64,000 nt of DNA from Candidatus Pollutiaquabacter sp. (GTDB taxonomy: Bacteria > Bacteroidota > Bacteroidia > AKYH767-A > 2013-40CM-41-45), in NCBI GenBank assembly GCA_947465495.1, contig CANIAS010000004.1:1808-65807 (forward strand), read 5' to 3'. Positions 56,849 to 64,000 of the stretch are shown here, in pieces (position 1 is the first letter of the stretch; the number at the start of each line of letters is the position of its first letter). The notes beneath the pieces are model-generated. The model saw nothing but the letters and a program-made list of their open reading frames with translations. It was not told where the DNA came from and made no database searches. The position numbers were made by a program, and so were the translations under genes.

Positions 56849-58006
56849 TTATTTTTCAAACCGGTTTGCATTCAGAAACCCAATTGGCAGTGCGGTCTGT
56901 CCTGTAGTAGCCAGGTCCGCCAAGATCTCGCCAACAACCGGGGCAAATTTAAACCCATGTCCACTGAACCCCCAGGCTACGCATACCTTTGCTTTGTAAC
57001 CTGGTAGATGGTCAATCACAAAATGTTCGTCGGGAGAGTAGGAGTAGAGACAGGTTTTTGATTCGGACATTTCGCCGATTCCGCCAGGAAGGTGGCGGCG
57101 TATAAATTCATGAACGAGTGCGAGGTCATCTTTTTCAACATGACGATCAACGTGGTCGGGATCCGTTTTTATTCCCGCATGATGGTAGGCTACTTTCACT
57201 TCATTCGATGTTTCGGAAGACACTCCTTTCATGGAAGGAAAACCGTAAAACACCCCTGGACAATCGGGCTCGGCAAATAGCCAACAAGGAAATTTTCCCA
57301 ACTCGAAGGCCGATGGAAATGCCGGTTTATACCATGAAAGCACCTGACGTGTCACTTTCAGATGCGGCTCCACCATTGGAAGTAGTTTGCCCGACCATGC
57401 ACCCACTGTGATTAGGAGCCGGTCGCAGGTGAAGGTCCCCGCTGTAGTGTCCACCTGAATGGCATGGTCCAGTAGTTTCCATCCTTGGACTTTAGTATTA
57501 GCGCGAATTTCTGCTCCGTAAACTTTTGCTTGATTCGTAAAAGTGCGTATAGCTTTTTCAGGCAAGAGAAAACCGGCGTCAGGTTCGAAAAGTAGCTCAT
57601 AGTCAGATGGCACACGGAACAAGTTTCCTTCGCTTGATTCAACAACAAGTTCGTGTAGTTCGATGCCATATTTTTTCGCGGCAAACTTTACACCACTTAA
57701 TACGCTATGATTTTTCGGTCCGCCATATAGTAGTCCGGTCTTAAAGTAGAGTTGTGTATCTGTCTGCTCTTCCAGTTCCCGCCAAAGATGATAGGCTCGC
57801 TCGAGCAAGGGTATATAATCCGGATGTTCAAAGTAGGCTTTGCGTATGATACGGCTCTCCCCACCATGAGATCCTTTTTCATGCGTGATGTCGAATTGTT
57901 CAAGTCCCAGCACACGGTGTCCACGCTTCGCCAGGTAGTAGCAAGCAGCGGATCCCATTGATCCTACACCAAGGACGATATGGTCGAAGTGATTTTTTGA
58001 GGACAT
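56849..58006 (-). CDS. monomeric sarcosine oxidase / N-methyltryptophan oxidase family flavoenzyme
   Basis: FAD dinucleotide motif HIVLGVGSMGSAACYYLAKRG. The covalent-flavin Cys context is KTCLYSYSPDEHFVID. Confidence 0.72.
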   Translation of the reverse strand: MSSKNHFDHIVLGVGSMGSAACYYLAKRGHRVLGLEQFDITHEKGSHGGESRIIRKAYFEHPDYIPLLERAYHLWRELEEQTDTQLYFKTGLLYGGPKNHSVLSGVKFAAKKYGIELHELVVESSEGNLFRVPSDYELLFEPDAGFLLPEKAIRTFTNQAKVYGAEIRANTKVQGWKLLDHAIQVDTTAGTFTCDRLLITVGAWSGKLLPMVEPHLKVTRQVLSWYKPAFPSAFELGKFPCWLFAEPDCPGVFYGFPSMKGVSSETSNEVKVAYHHAGIKTDPDHVDRHVEKDDLALVHEFIRRHLPGGIGEMSESKTCLYSYSPDEHFVIDHLPGYKAKVCVAWGFSGHGFKFAPVVGEILADLATTGQTALPIGFLNANRFEK

Positions 58007-58101
58007 GAAGTAAAAGTACCCATTTGTTTTTTGCCACTAAATATCCCTCTTGTAGACGCGTATTACTTGACAGCTACTGAATCTTCAATACTACTTTTTG
58101 T

Positions 58102-58109
58102 TATCTTTG
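58102..58109 (+). promoter_or_regulatory. candidate Bacteroidota -7 promoter box (TAtcTTTG) for the riboswitch-metH transcript
   Basis: Exact TAnnTTTG about 30 nt upstream of the SAM-I aptamer P1 strand. Confidence 0.35.
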
Positions 58110-58140
58110 TCCTTAGTTCTTTAACATTCCTGAAAAGGAA

Positions 58141-58262
58141 ACTTATCCAGAAAGGTGGAGGGATGACGCCCGTTGAAACCTTGGCAACCCCGGTAATCCG
58201 CCTCTTTGCGCGGATGAAAGAAGGTGCCAAATCGTCCTTCTCCATGTAGAAGGCAGATAAGT
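58141..58262 (+). promoter_or_regulatory. SAM-I (S-box) riboswitch aptamer
   Basis: aCTTATCcAGAaaGGTGGAGGGAtgacGCCCgttGAAaCCttgGCAACC ... AAGGTGCCAAAtCgtCC ... GATAAGt matches the S-box core, with P1 CTTATC/GATAAG. A G-run plus T9 tract follows at about 58309-58324, before the metH ATG at 58368. Confidence 0.85.
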
Positions 58263-58367
58263 CAGACAGGTTTGCATCGCCGATGTTCGCAATCTCTTCT
58301 GACTTTCAGGGGGGATTTTTTTTTGGATGAAAACCACCAGGATGAGTTAAAGACTTGTCAACTGCAT

Positions 58368-61300
58368 ATGATGAACGGAAGTATTTCTAAGACCTATCGG
58401 GGTGTTCCTGTGTATGAGGAACTGATGAAGCGTGTATTGGTGATCGATGGTGCTATGGGCACCATGATCCAGCGGTATAAACTGGAAGAGCATGATTACC
58501 GTGGAACTCGTTTTGCGGATTTTAATAAGCCGTTAAAAGGCAACAATGATTTGTTATGCCTGACGCGTCCCGACATCATTGAGGCCATTCATCGGGAATA
58601 TCTGGAAGCCGGTGCTGATATTATTGAGACCAACACGTTTAATGCGCAACGGATTTCTATGGCTGATTATGCCATGGAGCACCTTTCGTATGAAATAAAT
58701 GTCGAAGCCGCACGAATTGCTCGTCGCGCGATTGATAGTTTTATGCAGGATCACGTCGGTAGCTCACCGAAGTTTGTAGCCGGAGCTTTCGGTCCGACCA
58801 ACAAGACGGCATCGCTTTCCCCTGATGTAAATGATCCTGGGTACCGTGCAACCTCCTTTGATGAATTGGTTGAAGCGTATGCTGAGCAAGCACGTGGATT
58901 AATGGATGGCGGAGTGGATATCATGCTGGTGGAAACTATTTTCGACACTCTCAATGCCAAAGCCGCTTTGTTTGCGATTGAAAAAGTGTACGAAGAACGC
59001 GCTATCAGGCTGCCGATTATGGTATCAGGAACAATCACCGATGCCAGTGGTAGAACGCTCAGTGGTCAGACGGTAGAAGCCTTCTTGATTTCAGTGTCTC
59101 ATCTTCCATTGTTAAGTATCGGTTTAAACTGCGCACTTGGCGCAAAAGAGATGCGTCCACACATCGAAGAGCTTTCGCAAAAAGCTCCGTTCTTTGTTAG
59201 TGCTTATCCGAATGCTGGTCTTCCTAATCAGTTTGGTGAATACGATGAGTCGCCGCATCACATGGGGCATCAGATCGAAGATTTTCTAAATAGTGGGTTT
59301 ATCAATATTGTTGGTGGTTGCTGCGGCACCACTCCCGATCATATTCGTCGTATAGCAGAAATCGCCAAAAATATTGCACCACGTCGGATTCCCGAAATTG
59401 AACCCTGGCTCCGTCTGAGCGGTTTAGAAGCAGTGGTGTACCGACCAGAATCCAATTTCATGAATGTCGGTGAACGGACCAACGTTACCGGATCACGTAA
59501 GTTCTTACGATTGATTAAAGACAATCAATACGAAGAAGCGCTCTCCATTGCACGTGACCAGGTGGAAGGAGGCGCACAGGCGATTGACGTAAACATGGAT
59601 GAGGGAATGCTCGATGCACCGTCAGCGATGACCCGGTTCCTGAACTTAATGGCTGCCGAGCCCGACATTGCCCGAATTCCCTTAATGATTGACTCTTCAA
59701 AATTCCACGCGATTGAAGCGGGTTTGAAGTGTTCGCAAGGGAAAGCGATTGTAAATTCCATTTCGCTAAAAGAAGGCGAAGAGGAATTTATTCGCCAAGC
59801 TCGACTCATCCAACGCTACGGTGCAGCCGTCATTGTCATGGCCTTTGATGAAAAAGGACAGGCAGATACGCTGCCTCGTCGAATTGAAATATGTGAACGC
59901 GCTTACCGATTACTCACAGATCGACTGGAGTTTCCGCCACAAGATATCATCTTCGATCCAAATATTTTTCCGGTAGCAACCGGCATGGAAGAGCACCGCA
60001 AGAATGCGTTGGATTATTTTGAAGCGACTCGCTGGATTAAAAATCACTTGCCTCATGCGAAAGTTAGCGGAGGTGTCAGCAATGTTTCCTTCTCCTTCCG
60101 TGGAAATGATCATGTACGCGAGGCCATTCATGCGGCATTCTTGTACCACGGCATTCAAGCAGGCATGGACATGGGCATTGTCAATCCCGGACAGCTGCAA
60201 GTGTATGATGAGATTCCGAAAGACTTATTGGAATTGGTCGAAGATGTTTTATTGGATCGTCGGGAGGATGCTACGGAACGACTGATTGTTCACGCGGAAA
60301 CATTGAAAGGCGTAGTTGGTAAGAAGGAAGAAAAAGAAGAGGTGTGGCGCGCTGAACCGGTTGAGAAGCGCTTGGCTCATGCATTGGTGAAAGGGATTAC
60401 AGATTTCATCGAAATTGATCTTGAGGAAGCGTTGAAAAAATACCCAAAACCGTTGCACCTGATCGAAGGACCGTTGATGGACGGAATGAATGTGGTCGGC
60501 GACCTTTTTGGAGCCGGTAAAATGTTCTTACCCCAAGTCGTTAAGAGTGCACGAGTCATGAAGAAAGCAGTCGCTTATCTTGAGCCGATGCTGAACGCGG
60601 CTGATGGAACGGCTGTGCGTGCTAATGCAGGAAAGGTGTTGTTGGCTACAGTGAAAGGCGATGTACACGATATCGGTAAGAACATTGTTGGTGTTGTTCT
60701 TGCATGTAACAATTATCACGTCATCGATATCGGGGTTATGGTTCCCGCCGAAAAGATTCTTGAGACGGCAAGACGCGAACAAGTAGATATTATCGGATTG
60801 AGTGGTCTCATCACTCCCTCACTCGATGAAATGGTGCACGTTGCGAAGGAGCTGGAGCGCGAGGGATTCAAAGTGCCGTTGCTCATCGGTGGTGCGACTA
60901 CGTCTAAAGTGCATACCGCGGTGAAAATTGAGCCGAATTATTCGCAACCGGTAATCCACGTCAACGATGCATCACGCAGCGTTCCGGTGGTGAGTCAATT
61001 GCTATCAAAAGGCCAACAAGCGGACTTCATCGCCAATACGCGTGCGGAATATGAACGCGTGCGCGAATACAATAAGTTAGCCAATTCGCCCGATAAATAT
61101 TTGAAATTGGAGGACGCGCGAAGTAATCGCTTACAACTTTCTGTGGCTGATTATCCCGCTGCTCCTCATCAGTTAGGAATACAGGTATTTGAGGAATACT
61201 CTTTGGAGGAAATTGCCGAATACATTGATTGGACGCCCTTCTTCCACGCCTGGGAGTTGCGCGGAGTTTACCCTAAAATCCTACATGATCCAACGCATGG

Positions 61301-62069
61301 CGCGGAAGCTGTAAAGCTGTTCACCGACGCCCGACAGATGTTGGATCAGCTAATTCGCGAAAAGTGGTTGAAGGCAAAAGCGATCATAGGCTTGTTTCCT
61401 GCCGTGTCTGAAGTGGATGATATTCTCGTGCTCGACCAGGAAGCTCTGCATACACGCGCCATTTTTCATACACTCCGACAACAATCAAGAAAGCCCGAGG
61501 GGCAACCGAATATTGCATTGGCTGATTTTATGCTGCCAAGAGATTCATCAGGTGCTACCGATTACATCGGTTGTTTTGCTGTAACGGCGGGCATTGGAAT
61601 TGATGAACACGTTACTCGCTTTGAAAAAGATCATGACGATTATTCTGCCATTTTAGTGAAGGCCTTGGCTGATAGATTGGCGGAAGCGTTTGCAGAACTC
61701 ATGCACAAACGCATCCGTCGTGAATTCTGGGGCTATGCAGTCAACGAGGATCTATCCATTGAACATCTGGTGCGTGAAGAATATCAGGGTATTCGTCCGG
61801 CACCAGGGTATCCGGCGCAACCAGATCATACCGAGAAGCGCACCTTGTGGCAACTATTGGATGTAGAGAAACATACCGGCATTGCACTCACAGATAGTCT
61901 GGCCATGTTTCCAACCGCATCGGTGTGTGGTTTATATTTCGCCCATCCGGATGCCCATTATTTTGGGGTAGGAAGGATTTCTAAAGACCAGGTCACGGAG
62001 TATGCTCACCGAAAGGGCTTAAGTGTACTGGAAGCTGAGCGTTGGCTGGGACCAATTTTGGGCTATTAA
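58368..62069 (+). CDS. metH: cobalamin-dependent methionine synthase
   Basis: Homocysteine-binding domain ([21 protein letters not shown]), pterin-binding domain, B12 motif [10 protein letters not shown], and a C-terminal AdoMet-activation domain. Start moved to the ATG at 58368, because the upstream part of the track ORF covers the riboswitch. Confidence 0.95.
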   Translation: MMNGSISKTYRGVPVYEELMKRVLVIDGAMGTMIQRYKLEEHDYRGTRFADFNKPLKGNNDLLCLTRPDIIEAIHREYLEAGADIIETNTFNAQRISMADYAMEHLSYEINVEAARIARRAIDSFMQDHVGSSPKFVAGAFGPTNKTASLSPDVNDPGYRATSFDELVEAYAEQARGLMDGGVDIMLVETIFDTLNAKAALFAIEKVYEERAIRLPIMVSGTITDASGRTLSGQTVEAFLISVSHLPLLSIGLNCALGAKEMRPHIEELSQKAPFFVSAYPNAGLPNQFGEYDESPHHMGHQIEDFLNSGFINIVGGCCGTTPDHIRRIAEIAKNIAPRRIPEIEPWLRLSGLEAVVYRPESNFMNVGERTNVTGSRKFLRLIKDNQYEEALSIARDQVEGGAQAIDVNMDEGMLDAPSAMTRFLNLMAAEPDIARIPLMIDSSKFHAIEAGLKCSQGKAIVNSISLKEGEEEFIRQARLIQRYGAAVIVMAFDEKGQADTLPRRIEICERAYRLLTDRLEFPPQDIIFDPNIFPVATGMEEHRKNALDYFEATRWIKNHLPHAKVSGGVSNVSFSFRGNDHVREAIHAAFLYHGIQAGMDMGIVNPGQLQVYDEIPKDLLELVEDVLLDRREDATERLIVHAETLKGVVGKKEEKEEVWRAEPVEKRLAHALVKGITDFIEIDLEEALKKYPKPLHLIEGPLMDGMNVVGDLFGAGKMFLPQVVKSARVMKKAVAYLEPMLNAADGTAVRANAGKVLLATVKGDVHDIGKNIVGVVLACNNYHVIDIGVMVPAEKILETARREQVDIIGLSGLITPSLDEMVHVAKELEREGFKVPLLIGGATTSKVHTAVKIEPNYSQPVIHVNDASRSVPVVSQLLSKGQQADFIANTRAEYERVREYNKLANSPDKYLKLEDARSNRLQLSVADYPAAPHQLGIQVFEEYSLEEIAEYIDWTPFFHAWELRGVYPKILHDPTHGAEAVKLFTDARQMLDQLIREKWLKAKAIIGLFPAVSEVDDILVLDQEALHTRAIFHTLRQQSRKPEGQPNIALADFMLPRDSSGATDYIGCFAVTAGIGIDEHVTRFEKDHDDYSAILVKALADRLAEAFAELMHKRIRREFWGYAVNEDLSIEHLVREEYQGIRPAPGYPAQPDHTEKRTLWQLLDVEKHTGIALTDSLAMFPTASVCGLYFAHPDAHYFGVGRISKDQVTEYAHRKGLSVLEAERWLGPILGY

Positions 62070-62139
62070 TCCTGACTCTTTTTTGATACCTTGTAAACTA
62101 ATTTCACGAGTATTTCGTGTTATTAATCAAACCTATACC

Positions 62140-63993
62140 ATGAAAAGATTAGTACTTGCCTTGTTGATGTTGGTCCAAACCGCATCGTTTGCTCAAAACT
62201 GCGGCTTCACATACGCTACATCGCCCAATGGAGCTGTAACATTTGTTCCAGCAGGATTATCACCTACCTATGTATGTTCCTGGAGTTTCGGAGATGGCTC
62301 ATCTGGTATGTCCATGGGAACCATTACGCATTCCTACAACAGTATGGGACCTTTCGTGGTGTGCCTGACGGCTACGGATTCTATGACCATGACTACCTGT
62401 ACGTTCTGTGATACTGTGGTGATGAATTCTTCCAGCAATTGCATGTTTTCAATGTCCCAAACTCCTGGTACCACGAGCTTTATTTTTTCAGTGACTGTGC
62501 CCTCGGGTCAAAATGCGGTGTGGACCTTTGGAGACAATTCAAATGGAATTGGCACCCCTGTTTCACATACGTATTCATCGGCCGGGAATTATCTAGTTTG
62601 TGTGCAGTTGATTGACTCCATGACGTCTAGCGTAGTTTGCAGTTCATGTATCAATTTGGTGGTACAACCGGTAAGCCAAAACTGCTACTTTACCTTTTAT
62701 GCAGATTCACTTTTGCCACAAGCAATTAATTTCACCGCTTACCCTGCTTACGGTGGTTCGCAGATTACTTGGGATTTCGGTGATAACACAACAGCCACTC
62801 TTTCTCCACGCCAACACGTCTACGCCCAGCCTGGTACGTACAATGTATGCATGAATGAAACTAACTCGGCCGGAGTCCTGCTTTGTTCAAATTGCCAAAC
62901 GGTAACAGTGGGAAGCTTTTCCAACCAATGCAATTTCACATATTCCATCTCTCCTGGTGCACCAAGTACTTCCGTAGCGTTTTTCTCTACAAGCAATTTC
63001 CCGGTATACCAGTATGCGTGGGATTTCGGAAATGGATCCACGATGACGGGCAACGTGGTTACGGCAAACTTTGCCGCTCCCGGAGTTTACAATGTGTGTA
63101 TGAATGCACTTGACTCTAACGGTGCGATTCTTTGTTCGGTTTGTCAGCCCGTTGTAATTTCACCTGCACCGATTAACTGCGCGGCCTATTTCATCCCCAG
63201 CATTGCAGGTATGAACGCTTCGTTCATTGAACTTTCCACCGGCACTTCATCGGCTACATCGTATTCATGGTCCTTTGGAGATGGAATGGGTTCTGCACTT
63301 CGTTTCCCGAGTCATATTTATTCCCAACCAGGCATGTATCAGGTTTGTTTGTCGGTTTCAGATAGTAACTGCACCGATCAGTATTGTACAACAGTGGTAG
63401 CAGATACGACGAATCAGAATCCCGGACCCTGTCAGGCGCAGTTTGTTGTATTGCAAGTGGCGCCATTTGACGTAGTCATTATTGACCTCAGCTCAGGAAC
63501 CAATCTTGCCTACAACTGGGACTTTGGTGATGGTACCACTTCTTCACAGCAGTATCCGTCACACTATTATACTAGTACTGGATCGTATACCCTTTGTCTG
63601 ACAGTCTCTGGCGGCCTTCTGGGCTGTACCAGTACATTCTGTGATACCCTTACTGTAGATTCAGCTGGTAATGTGTACCGTATCATGCAAGGTTTTAATG
63701 TGAATGTTGTTTCTCCATCTTCATTTACCGGATTGAGCGATATCGCACCAACCGCTGAATTCCGCAGTTATCCGAATCCTGTAGCAGATCAATTTACCAT
63801 CGAAGGTGCGTCTGCGATGAATCAAGCCTCTTGCTACCGGGTTCTGACGTTGCAAGGAGTTGCTGCGTTATCCGGTGCATTAAATAGCACGAAGACAAGT
63901 GTAAATGCCACTTCATTGGCCAAAGGGACTTATTTACTCGAAATTCGTGACGTAAAAGGAGCGACTTCCTACCTAAAATTCGTAAAGGAATAA
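62140..63993 (+). CDS. six-fold PKD-like repeat protein with T9SS C-terminal sorting domain
   Basis: Signal peptide MKRLVLALLMLVQTASFAQ. Six ~75-aa modules each contain W(S/T/D)FGD(G/N). The CTD reads SYPNPVADQFTIEG...YLKFVKE. Confidence 0.75.
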   Translation: MKRLVLALLMLVQTASFAQNCGFTYATSPNGAVTFVPAGLSPTYVCSWSFGDGSSGMSMGTITHSYNSMGPFVVCLTATDSMTMTTCTFCDTVVMNSSSNCMFSMSQTPGTTSFIFSVTVPSGQNAVWTFGDNSNGIGTPVSHTYSSAGNYLVCVQLIDSMTSSVVCSSCINLVVQPVSQNCYFTFYADSLLPQAINFTAYPAYGGSQITWDFGDNTTATLSPRQHVYAQPGTYNVCMNETNSAGVLLCSNCQTVTVGSFSNQCNFTYSISPGAPSTSVAFFSTSNFPVYQYAWDFGNGSTMTGNVVTANFAAPGVYNVCMNALDSNGAILCSVCQPVVISPAPINCAAYFIPSIAGMNASFIELSTGTSSATSYSWSFGDGMGSALRFPSHIYSQPGMYQVCLSVSDSNCTDQYCTTVVADTTNQNPGPCQAQFVVLQVAPFDVVIIDLSSGTNLAYNWDFGDGTTSSQQYPSHYYTSTGSYTLCLTVSGGLLGCTSTFCDTLTVDSAGNVYRIMQGFNVNVVSPSSFTGLSDIAPTAEFRSYPNPVADQFTIEGASAMNQASCYRVLTLQGVAALSGALNSTKTSVNATSLAKGTYLLEIRDVKGATSYLKFVKE

Positions 63994-64000
63994 AGAAGTT

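Noticed and set aside
56842-56851. Convergent trhO and flavoenzyme genes separated by only 4 nt, with no terminator.
   Set aside because: Tight convergent ends are common in compact genomes. There is no structure or motif to interpret.
58031-58337. Three small ORFs (58031..58249 +, 58063..58245 -, 58143..58337 -) and the first 48 codons of the track's metH ORF (58224..58367).
   Set aside because: This region is occupied by a near-consensus SAM-I riboswitch and its leader. Translation through a structured aptamer is implausible, and the metH homology begins after the ATG at 58368.
1-64000. Screen for CRISPR arrays, IS elements/transposases, integrases, phage or defence-system genes, tRNA/rRNA/tmRNA, and long direct repeats.
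   Set aside because: None was recognised. Intergenic spaces are short (mostly under 150 nt). No repeat-spacer periodicity, no DDE/tyrosine-recombinase motifs and no tRNA-like cloverleaf candidates were seen. A by-eye scan cannot exclude small ncRNAs.

Overview
Gene-dense chromosomal segment with about 55 CDS. I saw no rRNA, tRNA, CRISPR array, IS element or integrase. It is almost certainly from a Bacteroidota bacterium: it carries the giant T9SS translocon gene sprA, four secreted proteins with T9SS type-A C-terminal sorting domains, and TAnnTTTG-type promoter boxes.

Layout:
- 1-24 kb: mostly housekeeping genes on both strands (tyrS fragment, pyrC, acs, ruvB, queG, ubiX, gcvH, sprA, ruvA, maeB).
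- 23.6-30 kb: an envelope cluster with three different thioredoxin-fold CxxC proteins, two predicted outer-membrane barrels and T9SS cargo.
- 30-51.3 kb: one long, tightly packed plus-strand gene train. It runs deoC, two ALDH paralogues (the second lacks the catalytic domain), cysC-cysD-cysN-cysQ, then a Wzx/Wzy polysaccharide locus. That locus contains a PAPS-type sulfotransferase, glycosyltransferases, a GNAT/CE4-deacetylase pair, an OM barrel, a WecA-like initiating transferase and wecB/wecC.
- 51.5-55.8 kb: cytochrome-oxidase accessory genes (ctaB, two subunit-III-like genes, subunit IV, SCO, DUF420, a tiny CxxC membrane protein).
- 55.8-64 kb: trhO, a sarcosine-oxidase-family flavoenzyme, a SAM-I riboswitch in front of metH, and a Cys-rich PKD-repeat T9SS cargo protein.

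The best candidates for undescribed biology are (i) the predicted sulfated-glycan locus with its own PAPS supply and a NodB/NodA/NodH-like deacetylase/acyltransferase/sulfotransferase logic, and (ii) the multi-compartment envelope thiol-redox cluster.

All family calls rest on motif recognition by eye. No database search was run.
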